Shown here one piece after another: positions 38,702 through 47,229 of a DNA stretch of 64,000 nt; positions within the stretch are counted from its first letter, which is position 1; each line of letters opens with the position of its first letter. The notes below the pieces were generated by a model. It saw only the letters and a program-made list of their open reading frames with translations. It was not told where the DNA came from and did not search any database. Source of the DNA: an uncultured bacterium (lineage in GTDB: Bacteria; Zhuqueibacterota; QNDG01; DTFT01). The translations under genes and the position numbers were made by a program. The DNA lies in the NCBI GenBank assembly GCA_963736115.1, contig CAVTNR010000014.1:32001-96000 (forward strand). The letters run 5' to 3'.

Positions 38702-40051
38702 ATGAAACGCTATTCGTGGTTATTCATCCTCGTTATTCTATCCGCATCCCGCTGCAATCTGCTCAAGGATATCCAATTCACTGCCGCGGGCCTGACCGGG
38801 GAGGAACTCCGTTTCGTAACAGCCGCGCCCGCTGATCTGCATTCCTCCGACGCCGCAGCCGCTTTTCTCCACAACGGCGATATTCTGCTTGTTTTCAAGT
38901 CATCCGCACCCGATCCGGGAGCCGACCGCACAAAAAATGTATTTGTGACGCGTTCCTCCGACCGGGGCCGGAGCTGGAACCCTCCCGAGACTGCTTTCAG
39001 CGCGTCATGGGACTTCCGTAATCCCGTGCTTGCGTCCATCCCGGATGGACCCGTTCTTCTGGCTTTCGGATGGCAGGACGCGGACGCGTCTTCCCGTGCC
39101 CATGGAGACCCGGGTTTCTTCGTCAGCCATTCCTCGGATAACGGCGTTTCGTTCTCAACTCCCAGACTGGTCCGCACACCGCAGGCAGGCCGGGTGGCCA
39201 CGTCCGGGAGCGCGGTTGTGCTCGAGGACGGATCCGTCCTGCTTCCCCTGACCGCGGGAGACGGGATCCGGCTGGCCGTTTCCAAAGACAACGGCGAGAA
39301 CTGGACCATCGGTCCTGCAATCGCGGAGAACGCGGCTTCGACGCGCAGGAATCCCTCGCTTGTCCGCCTTCCGGACCGCAGGTTGTTCTGTCTGTTCGAG
39401 CAGGGATCCGCTTCTCCGCGGCTCATGACCTGCGAATCGTCCGACAACGGGATCACCTGGAGCGGACCGGTCGATACCGGCATGCTGGGCAGCCGGCCGT
39501 CATGCGCGGCTCTCACCGGCGGTGTTCTGGCCTGCGTTTTTACGGACCGCTGGCCTTCCGGCATCGGCCTGATGCGGAGTTTTGACGGGGGTCTGCGCTG
39601 GGAGTGCATGGAACAGCTTTCTTCTTCGGATTCGGAATGTAAAATCGTGCCGATGAACGGGGACACACTGCTCGCGGTGTGCGGACCGGATCAGGGGAAA
39701 ACGGGCGCGGCTCTGAAGGCCGCGGTTTTCGCCGATGTCGCGCCCGGGCCGCCGGCCGGACTGTCCGGCTCCTACAAGCACGGAAAAGGAAATCACCTGC
39801 GCTGGAATGCGAAAAAGCACGCGGTTTATTACGCGGTTTACAGGGACACGTCTTCTCTTGCGGATCCGCCGCCTGCCGGCCTGCGGCTGGCCACCACGGG
39901 TTCAGCGGGTTTCTCGGACGTTTCCGTAGATTCGGGCAGAACCTATTACTACCGGGTCACGGCCGTGCGTTCGGAAAACGCCCCGGTGCCGGGATCCGAA
40001 GGACCGCCGAGCGAAGAACTTGCGATCCGGGCGGTGGAGAAGAAAAAATAA
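38702..40051 (+). CDS. Secreted BNR/Asp-box beta-propeller (sialidase-fold) protein with C-terminal FN3-like domain
   Basis: Asp-boxes SSDRGRSW, SSDNGVSF, SKDNGENW, SSDNGITW, SFDGGLRW; L.W...Y.VYR...G.TYYY.VTAV. Confidence 0.82.
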   Translation: MKRYSWLFILVILSASRCNLLKDIQFTAAGLTGEELRFVTAAPADLHSSDAAAAFLHNGDILLVFKSSAPDPGADRTKNVFVTRSSDRGRSWNPPETAFSASWDFRNPVLASIPDGPVLLAFGWQDADASSRAHGDPGFFVSHSSDNGVSFSTPRLVRTPQAGRVATSGSAVVLEDGSVLLPLTAGDGIRLAVSKDNGENWTIGPAIAENAASTRRNPSLVRLPDRRLFCLFEQGSASPRLMTCESSDNGITWSGPVDTGMLGSRPSCAALTGGVLACVFTDRWPSGIGLMRSFDGGLRWECMEQLSSSDSECKIVPMNGDTLLAVCGPDQGKTGAALKAAVFADVAPGPPAGLSGSYKHGKGNHLRWNAKKHAVYYAVYRDTSSLADPPPAGLRLATTGSAGFSDVSVDSGRTYYYRVTAVRSENAPVPGSEGPPSEELAIRAVEKKK

Positions 40052-40150
40052 GTTCATAGTTCATAGTTCATAGTTAGAGACGGTATTCAACAAGATTCAA
40101 CAATAACTCTTTTTCTGATAACTATGAACCATGAACCATGAACTATGAAC
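40052..40150. repeat. Inverted heptamer-array element 4
   Basis: (GTTCATA)x3 at 40052-40072; TATGAAC CATGAAC CATGAAC TATGAAC at 40123-40150. Confidence 0.92.
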
Positions 40151-40172
40151 TCGAAAAGGATCATTGACCTTC

Positions 40173-41288
40173 ATGCACAGGGATTCATCCAAAATATCCT
40201 TGAAGACGATTGTGGGAATCACCGCGGGCGACCCCGCGGGCATAGGACCTGAAATCACCGTGAAATGCCTCAAATCGAGGCATTTTCCCAAAGATGTGAC
40301 CCCGGTTCTTTTTGCGGACCGCGTCGCGATCGACCAGGCGGCGCGTCTGCTCGGCGTGAAAGTTGCGCTGGCCGAAGTGTCGGACCGAAAGTCCGCGCTC
40401 CGGACCGGCAGGGCAACGGCTTTCGTGCCCACCGGGGTTCTCAACGGTCCGGTCCGTCCCGGCCGCGTGTCCGCGGACTGCGGCCGGAGCGCGCATCTCT
40501 CGATCACGGCCGCGATCGGCTGGGCTCTCAGGGGATGGGTGGATGGCGTCGCAACCGCCCCGATCCAGAAGGAGGCGCTCCGCCAGGGAGGATGCCGGGA
40601 ACTCGACCACACCGGGATTCTGAAAGTCAACACCGGCGCTGTTGATGAGACCACGCTCTTCGTGACCGGATCCCTGCGTGTTTTCTTTCTGACCCGGCAT
40701 TGCAGTCTGGCCGACGTGCCGGGACGCATCACCCGCGAGGGCATTCTGCTCGCGATTCCGAGATGCCTCCGCTTTCTCGGTCAGCTGGGCATACGCCGTC
40801 CTTCCCTGGCCGTCGCCGCCCTGAATCCGCACGCGGGTGAAGGCGGCATGTTCGGAGACGAGGAGATCAGGATCATCGGACCGGCAGTCGCGGAGGCCCG
40901 GGCATCCGGTCTGAAAGTCGAAGGTCCGATTCCCGCGGACAGCGTGTTTCATCTGGCGCGTGAAGGCCGGTATGACGGTGTTCTTTCCCTGTACCACGAC
41001 CAGGGCCACATCGCGACCAAGACGCTTGATTTCAGACGTACCGTGAGCCTGACCATGGGACTGCCCTTCCTGCGCACGTCCGTGGACCATGGCACGGCTT
41101 TCGACATCGCGGGCAGGGGAATCGCGGACGAGACCGCCATGATCGAGGCGGTCATCGCGGCCGGTCTCTACGCGAAACGGGTCCGGCGCGCGCAGGCCGC
41201 GGATCGAGCCCGCCGCGGCGCGGAGTTGAAAACATCCACTGCGAAGGGCGCGGCAGAAGCAGCGGCCCGCCGGACGGAGCGGCCATGA
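40173..41288 (+). CDS. pdxA: 4-hydroxythreonine-4-phosphate dehydrogenase family (PdxA/PdxA2)
   Basis: GDPAGIGPE, TAPI.K, LNPHAGE, GPIPAD, YHDQG, RTSVDHGTAFDIAG. Confidence 0.92.
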   Translation: MHRDSSKISLKTIVGITAGDPAGIGPEITVKCLKSRHFPKDVTPVLFADRVAIDQAARLLGVKVALAEVSDRKSALRTGRATAFVPTGVLNGPVRPGRVSADCGRSAHLSITAAIGWALRGWVDGVATAPIQKEALRQGGCRELDHTGILKVNTGAVDETTLFVTGSLRVFFLTRHCSLADVPGRITREGILLAIPRCLRFLGQLGIRRPSLAVAALNPHAGEGGMFGDEEIRIIGPAVAEARASGLKVEGPIPADSVFHLAREGRYDGVLSLYHDQGHIATKTLDFRRTVSLTMGLPFLRTSVDHGTAFDIAGRGIADETAMIEAVIAAGLYAKRVRRAQAADRARRGAELKTSTAKGAAEAAARRTERP

Positions 41289-42190
41289 TTTCCAGCCTGT
41301 TGTCCTTCAAACCGCTCGATCTGGCGGACCGGGAGACGCTCCGTTCCGCGTTCCGCGCCTACAACCCGGAAACATCCGAATGGACGTTCACGAATTTTTT
41401 CATCTGGCGCAGTTATTACCGGTTCGAATGGGCCCGCGATGAAGACCTGATCGTTTTTCTGTGCAGGCCGGAAAACCAGGAGCCCTTTCTGCTGATGCCG
41501 ATCGGACAGGCCCCCCGGGCGGAAAAAGCGCGTTTCCTTCTCCGCGCTCTGGGTGAAGAGACCGGCGTCCGGTCTCCCGCAATTCACAAAGCGGACGCCC
41601 GGTTCGCGGCTGAACTCGAAGGCCTGCCCGATTTCTCCGTCGAGCCCGAGCGCGACCATTTCGATTACGTCTATGACCGGAAAGCGCTGGCCTCCCTGTC
41701 CGGCCGGAAGCTCCACTCCAAGAAGAATCACCTGAACCGGTTCGAGAGAATCCATCCGGACGCCCGGTATGCGCCGATCGACGCGTCCCTGGTTCCGGCC
41801 TGCATCGAGGTGCTCGACCGGTGGCACGAATCGCGCAACAGCGGGCACAACCCCGTTCTTCTGGCCGAGTCGCAGGCGGTGCGGGAGGCGCTCGGCCATT
41901 TCGAGGCACTCCAGCTCAGCGGCGGCGTCATCCTGATCCGCGACAAGGTCGAAGCGTTCACGCTTGGAAGCGAACTCAGTTCGGACACGGCGGTGGTGCA
42001 CGTCGAAAAAGCGGACCCCGAAATCCCGGGCCTGTACACGGCCATCAACCAGCGTTTCGCCTCGGATGCATGGACCCAGGCATCCTTTTTCAACCGTGAG
42101 CAGGACCTGGGGGAAGAGGGCCTGCGCAAGGCGAAACAGTCCTACAATCCGGCCCGCCTCGTTGAAAAATTCATCGTTCGGCTCCGGTAA
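41285..42190 (+). CDS. DUF2156 / phosphatidylglycerol lysyltransferase-like domain protein
   Basis: DYVY....L..L.G.K.H.K.NH.NRF, HVEKA, NREQDLG..GLRKAK.SY.P. Confidence 0.85.
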   Translation: MISSLLSFKPLDLADRETLRSAFRAYNPETSEWTFTNFFIWRSYYRFEWARDEDLIVFLCRPENQEPFLLMPIGQAPRAEKARFLLRALGEETGVRSPAIHKADARFAAELEGLPDFSVEPERDHFDYVYDRKALASLSGRKLHSKKNHLNRFERIHPDARYAPIDASLVPACIEVLDRWHESRNSGHNPVLLAESQAVREALGHFEALQLSGGVILIRDKVEAFTLGSELSSDTAVVHVEKADPEIPGLYTAINQRFASDAWTQASFFNREQDLGEEGLRKAKQSYNPARLVEKFIVRLR

Positions 42191-42193
42191 ACC

Positions 42194-45100
42194 ATGGATC
42201 TTTCCCCTCAGGCCATCCAGCGTCTCGTTTCTCCGAACATTTACGAACGGGGTCTCCGCTACCGGCGGGAGGGACGGGTCCGCGTCGAGACCGCGGGACC
42301 GGACCGCATTGTGGCCACGGTGCAGGGCCGCAGGCTGTACCGGGTGACGGTGAGGCCGAAAGGAAACCGCCTGGACGCGTTCTGCGACTGCCCTTACCCG
42401 GAGCCGTGCAAGCACATCGCGGCGGCCCTCATCAAGGCGAGGGAGGATCTCGAGGCCGCGGCCGCGGGTTCCGTGAGAGGGGAGGATTCCGAAGAACTCA
42501 CCGCCGGGGAGAAACTGGCACGGCTCGCGGAGGAATCCGCCTCAGGCCCGGCCAGGCGCTGGCGCGTACTCTTCCACCTGCGGTTGCACCCCCATTCCTG
42601 GTCCCTCACGCCCGTGCGCGCCTTCATCCGGCAGAACGGAGATCTGGGCCGCACTGAGGAAATCCTCGACTCCCGGCTGGACCCGGACGAGGACGCCTAT
42701 GCGCCGAACGACCCGTTCATTCTTCCGGCCCTGGAACAGATGAGCGGTTCCAGGCGGCCCTTTCATCCGTGGCGGTCAGAACAACCCGCATCCCGTGAAT
42801 TTCCGTACGGCGCCGAGCTGGGCGGGCTCTTCGATCTGCTGACCGGCAGCCGGATCCTGCTCGCCGGCGGATCCCATTCCGGAAAACCGGTCGAGTTCGC
42901 CTCCGCGGCGTGCAGGCTCGAACTCGAGATGGCGCGGGCCGGCGAGAAAATCGAACTCAGAACGGTTGCCGTTTTTCCGGACCGCAGGGAATCGCTCACC
43001 GACGGCGCGGTCCGCTGGCTCACGGCCAGGCCTTCCTGGATACTCCGGGATCGCACCCTTTTCCGCGCCGATCACCCGGCTTCGGCTTTTCCCGTTCTCC
43101 ACGCGGCCCTGGTCCGACATCCCGTCCGGATGCGTGAGGACGAAGCCGGCCGATTCATCCGTTCCGCGGCGCCCGCGCTCGGGTCGGGCCTGGTGCTTCC
43201 GGAGGGATTCGAAATCGTGCAGGCCGACCGACTGGAGAGGCGCCGGCTGGAAGTGAAGGAAACAGGAGAAGGCCTGCGACTCAGGCTGGTTTTCCGGTAC
43301 GGGGACGCGGAAGTGGACTCCGCGGAACCGGCCGCGGATTTCCTGAAACCGTCTTCGGACGAAAAGCGTTTCCTCCGGATCCTGCGCGACGTCACGGCTG
43401 AAGCGGACGCGCTGAAAAGAGTGACTGCAACCGGAGTCAGGCGGGACACCGCGGGCGCATTGACCGTGCCTCACAGGAAGGCGCTGGACTGGCTTCTCGG
43501 GGAAACGGCCGGACTGGCCGCGGCCGGAATTAGTATCGAGGGTCTGGCCGGCCTGAACCGGTATAAGGTCAGGCGCAGGCGTCCTGAATTGAAACTGGCT
43601 GTTTCCTCGGGCATCGATTGGTTCGATCTGCGTTTTGCCGTGACCTTCGACGGCGCGTCCGTGCGTTTTGAGGACCTGGCGGAAAGCGTTGAAAAGAAAA
43701 CGCGTCTGGTCCGCCTGGCCGGCGGCGCGGTCGGCGAACTGCCGGCGGAATGGGCGGAAGCCTTTCGCTCCGTCTTCCACTTCGGACGCCGCGGACGGGA
43801 TTCGGTGCGCCTGTCCAGATGGCAGGCCGGGCTGATCGAGGCATTGATCGAGGGCGCGGCGTCCGCGGAAACGGACGAGCCCTTCCGGAAGACACTGGAA
43901 CGCTTGAAGGGATTCAACGGCATTGTGCGCCAGGAGCCCCCGGCCGGATTCACCGGGACCCTGAGGCCTTATCAGCGGGCCGGCCTCGACTGGCTGTGCT
44001 TTCTCAAGACGGGGCCTTTCGGCGGCCTGCTCGCGGATGACATGGGACTCGGCAAGACCGTTCAGACGCTCGCCTTTCTGATGAAGGAGAGGGAAGATGG
44101 GGCACGGGATCCTTTTCTCATCGTCTGCCCGACGACCGTGGTGTTCAACTGGGAGCATGAGATCCGCCGCTTCACGCCGGGCCTGACCGTACTCACGCAT
44201 GCGGGTCAGGACCGGGCCCGGGACCTGTCGGGTTTCAAGGGCACGGACATCGTGCTGACCAGCTACGGAATCCTCCTGCGGGACATCGCGTTGTTCCGGA
44301 AAACATCTTTCCACTGTGTGGTGCTCGACGAATCCCAGAAAATCAAGAATCCCGCGACCCTGTCCAGTCGCGCGGTACGGACGATCCGTTCGCCCTTTCG
44401 GCTCGCGCTGACCGGAACGCCGGTGGAAAACCGCGCCGTGGAGCTCTGGTCCCAGTTCGCCTTTCTGAACCCGGGTCTTCTCGGTAGCCTTGAGGCCTTC
44501 AGGCGGGAATTCGCCGGCCAGGTGGACAAGGCGGAATCTCCGGATGCCGCGGCCGCGGTGCGAAGGCTGACGCATCCCTTCATTCTGAGGCGGACCAAGG
44601 AAGCCGTCGCCCGGGAACTGCCCCCGAAAGTGGAGCAGACCTATCTCTGCCCCATGAATCCGGCCCAGGAAAAACTGTACCACAAATGGCGGGATTACTA
44701 CCGGGTGCGCATTCTCGAATCGATCGAATCGGAGGGAATCGGCCGCTCGCGCATGCTCGTGCTCGAAGGCCTGCTCCGGCTCCGGCAGATCGCCTGCCAC
44801 CCGAAACTCGTCGGGGAGGAGCACACCGGTTCGGAGAAATTCGAATCTCTGAAGGAAATTCTGGAGGATGTCGTTTCGGAAGGGCACAAGGTGCTCGTCT
44901 TCTCCCAGTTCACCAAAATGCTGGCCATCGTGCGCCAGCACCTGGACGGACGCGGCATCCGTTATGCCTATCTCGACGGACGCACGCGGAACCGGGAGAA
45001 GACGGTTACGGAATTCCAGTCCGCCTCGGGCCCCCCGATATTCCTGATCAGCCTGCGCGCGGGCGGTACGGGCATCAATCTCACGGCCGCGGATTACGTG

Positions 45101-45337
45101 ATCCTGTACGACCCCTGGTGGAACCCCGCGGTCGAGCGACAGGCCGTGGACCGGAGTCACCGGATCGGCCAGGACAAGAACGTGTTCGTCGTGAAGCTGA
45201 TCGGCAAGGACACGATCGAGGAAAAAGTGCTCGAGCTCCAGGAAAAGAAGAAGCGCATCGTGACCAGCCTGATCGCGGGCGAGGCGGAGGCGTTCAAGAC
45301 CCTGACCCGGCAGGATATCGAAGCGCTGTTCGGGTGA
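42194..45337 (+). CDS. SWIM zinc finger + SNF2-family helicase
   Basis: CDC.....CKH; LADDMGLGKT, DESQ.IKN, LTGTPVEN, LRRTK, FSQFT, DPWWNP, DRSHRIGQ. Confidence 0.94.
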   Translation: MDLSPQAIQRLVSPNIYERGLRYRREGRVRVETAGPDRIVATVQGRRLYRVTVRPKGNRLDAFCDCPYPEPCKHIAAALIKAREDLEAAAAGSVRGEDSEELTAGEKLARLAEESASGPARRWRVLFHLRLHPHSWSLTPVRAFIRQNGDLGRTEEILDSRLDPDEDAYAPNDPFILPALEQMSGSRRPFHPWRSEQPASREFPYGAELGGLFDLLTGSRILLAGGSHSGKPVEFASAACRLELEMARAGEKIELRTVAVFPDRRESLTDGAVRWLTARPSWILRDRTLFRADHPASAFPVLHAALVRHPVRMREDEAGRFIRSAAPALGSGLVLPEGFEIVQADRLERRRLEVKETGEGLRLRLVFRYGDAEVDSAEPAADFLKPSSDEKRFLRILRDVTAEADALKRVTATGVRRDTAGALTVPHRKALDWLLGETAGLAAAGISIEGLAGLNRYKVRRRRPELKLAVSSGIDWFDLRFAVTFDGASVRFEDLAESVEKKTRLVRLAGGAVGELPAEWAEAFRSVFHFGRRGRDSVRLSRWQAGLIEALIEGAASAETDEPFRKTLERLKGFNGIVRQEPPAGFTGTLRPYQRAGLDWLCFLKTGPFGGLLADDMGLGKTVQTLAFLMKEREDGARDPFLIVCPTTVVFNWEHEIRRFTPGLTVLTHAGQDRARDLSGFKGTDIVLTSYGILLRDIALFRKTSFHCVVLDESQKIKNPATLSSRAVRTIRSPFRLALTGTPVENRAVELWSQFAFLNPGLLGSLEAFRREFAGQVDKAESPDAAAAVRRLTHPFILRRTKEAVARELPPKVEQTYLCPMNPAQEKLYHKWRDYYRVRILESIESEGIGRSRMLVLEGLLRLRQIACHPKLVGEEHTGSEKFESLKEILEDVVSEGHKVLVFSQFTKMLAIVRQHLDGRGIRYAYLDGRTRNREKTVTEFQSASGPPIFLISLRAGGTGINLTAADYVILYDPWWNPAVERQAVDRSHRIGQDKNVFVVKLIGKDTIEEKVLELQEKKKRIVTSLIAGEAEAFKTLTRQDIEALFG

Positions 45338-45343
45338 CAAAGG

Positions 45344-45364
45344 GTTCCGCGTTCCGGGTTCCGG
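45344..45364. repeat. Heptamer array (GTTCCGS)x3 just after stop codon
   Basis: GTTCCGC GTTCCGG GTTCCGG. Confidence 0.5.
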
Positions 45365-45611
45365 GTCGAGAGGGGGGTGTCATCCCCGAATTCTTTAATC
45401 GGGGATCCAGGGGGGTGGGGAATGGATGTCATATAGCTTTGTTCGACATTAAATATCCGGCCCCCGGGAAAAATCTTCCACCTATACATGGAAAAAATTG
45501 CCACTACAGGTAGAAAAAGGAAGTACAGTAAACGAATGAGATTGCGTAGGAAAGGTACCTAATCCCATAAAAAACAATAAATTTATGCTTTCCCCTAAAT
45601 GTATGATGGTA

Positions 45612-45627
45612 TGGCACACGTTTTGTA
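45612..45627 (+). promoter_or_regulatory. Possible sigma54-type -24/-12 site (imperfect)
   Basis: TGGCAC-ACGTT-TTGTA vs consensus TGGCAC-N5-TTGCW; AT-rich upstream region. Confidence 0.3.
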
Positions 45628-45700
45628 TATGGTTATGGTAGCCATCAAAATTCCTTTCCTCTTCCCCTAAAGCCGTTGTTCCTTCAACGGCTTTTCTTTT

Positions 45701-45729
45701 TTGACTTTATCGCGCTTGCTGACTATATT
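45701..45729 (+). promoter_or_regulatory. Sigma70-type promoter directly before mutY (near-leaderless)
   Basis: TTGACT-N17-TATATT; ATG 9 bp downstream; no SD sequence. Confidence 0.6.
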
Positions 45730-45738
45730 AACCCTTCC

Positions 45739-46860
45739 ATGATTGCTTCCCAGAGGATAAAATTCCGCTCCAGACTGGTCCGCTGGTTCAGGGCCAGCCG
45801 CAGACCTATGCCCTGGCGGGAAACGGACGACCCTTATAAAATCTGGATTTCCGAGACCCTTCTCCAGCAAACCCAGGTCGCCACAGCCACAGGTTATTAC
45901 CTTCGGTTCATTGAACGCTTCCCGGATGTCCGGAGTCTCTCCAGAGCCAGGCTTCAAACCGTTCTGAAGCTCTGGGAGGGATTGGGCTATTACGCCAGGG
46001 CCAGGAACCTGCTTCGCGCAGCTGCCGAGATAGTGCGCCGGTTCGACGGCCGCGTGCCGGACCGCATGGAGGACCTGCTCTCCCTTCCGGGCATAGGCCG
46101 TTACACGGCCGGCGCCGTACTCTCCATCGCGTACGGCCAGCCCGTGCCGGTTTTGGACGGCAATGTGATCCGCGTCCTATCCCGCCTTTTCCGTGTCGAG
46201 GAGGATAGCGGCAAGCCTGCCACGCGGGAGTCTCTGTGGGATCTGGCCGCTTCGCTCATGCCCCGGTCCGGAACACGGGATTACAACGAAGCGATCATGG
46301 AGCTCGGGGCCGTGATCTGCGTTCCCAGAAATCCCTCCTGTCCGGAATGTCCTGTCCGTACTGTCTGTAAGGCCTTTGCCGCGTCGGTCCAGAACGATTA
46401 TCCGAGATCCTCTCCGAGAAAAGCCATTCCGCACAAGGATGTCACGGCTGGAATCATCTGGAAAAACGGCAAATTTCTGATTACATTACGTCCGGCAAGA
46501 GGTATGCTCGGCGGGCTGTGGGAATTCCCGGGCGGCAAGGCTGAGCCTGGCGAGACCCTGGAACAATGCCTGAAGCGGGAGATCCGCGAGGAACTCGGCA
46601 TTCATATCCGTGTCCTGAGAAAACTGGTTTCAGTCAATCACGCGTACACGCATTTCCGGATCACGCTTCACGCTTTTGAATGCCTGGCCGGGGCCGGCCG
46701 CATACGGCCGATTGCCTGCGATGATTATAAATGGATTACGTCCCGCGAGCTCGACCGCTATCCGTTTCCGGGCGCGGACCGTAAAATCATAGCCCTGCTG
46801 AGCCGCATCGATCCGCCGGGACGCGGATCGCTCCGGTCGGATAAAGGAGAAAGCAAATGA
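45739..46860 (+). CDS. mutY: A/G-specific adenine glycosylase with C-terminal Nudix domain
   Basis: PWR, SE.LLQQTQV, WEGLGYYARARNL, LPGIGRYTA, DGNV.RV, C-X6-C-X2-C-X5-C, WEFPGGK. Confidence 0.96.
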   Translation: MIASQRIKFRSRLVRWFRASRRPMPWRETDDPYKIWISETLLQQTQVATATGYYLRFIERFPDVRSLSRARLQTVLKLWEGLGYYARARNLLRAAAEIVRRFDGRVPDRMEDLLSLPGIGRYTAGAVLSIAYGQPVPVLDGNVIRVLSRLFRVEEDSGKPATRESLWDLAASLMPRSGTRDYNEAIMELGAVICVPRNPSCPECPVRTVCKAFAASVQNDYPRSSPRKAIPHKDVTAGIIWKNGKFLITLRPARGMLGGLWEFPGGKAEPGETLEQCLKREIREELGIHIRVLRKLVSVNHAYTHFRITLHAFECLAGAGRIRPIACDDYKWITSRELDRYPFPGADRKIIALLSRIDPPGRGSLRSDKGESK

Positions 46861-47192
46861 AGATTGCTCATTTAGAGGACGTTCCAGCCGAACCCGTCAC
46901 GGTCGAAGGCGCCGAACAGACGTCAATCCGCTGGCTGATCGCCAAGGAAGACGGCGCGCCGAACTTCGTCATGCGGCTGTTCGAGATCGGCCCGGGAGGC
47001 CGGACGCCCCTGCATACGCACTCCAACGAGCATGAAGTTTTCGTAGTCGAAGGAGAGGGATCCGTCTGGCGCGATGGGGCCGATGTTCCGATCATGCCGG
47101 GTACAGCGGTTTTCGTTCCCGGAAGCGAGAAGCACTGCTTCAAGAACCGGGGGAATACACCTTTCCGTTTCCTCTGTCTCATCCCCGTCTGA
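46857..47192 (+). CDS. Cupin-domain protein
   Basis: TPLHTH..EHEVFV..G.G, P..EKHCF.N. Confidence 0.9.
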   Translation: MKIAHLEDVPAEPVTVEGAEQTSIRWLIAKEDGAPNFVMRLFEIGPGGRTPLHTHSNEHEVFVVEGEGSVWRDGADVPIMPGTAVFVPGSEKHCFKNRGNTPFRFLCLIPV

Positions 47193-47229
47193 CCATGTGC
47201 GCCCGGCCGGTTATAAAGGAACGTTTATT

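Noticed and set aside
42194-45337. SNF2 helicase, RadC and YprB genes as an anti-phage defence island
   Set aside because: They are dispersed among housekeeping genes with host-like composition and have no defence partner genes.
42776-45340. Long antisense ORFs (e.g. 854 aa here, 540 aa at 33671-35293, 464 aa at 47293-48687)
   Set aside because: Shadow frames of high-GC genes with no recognisable motifs.
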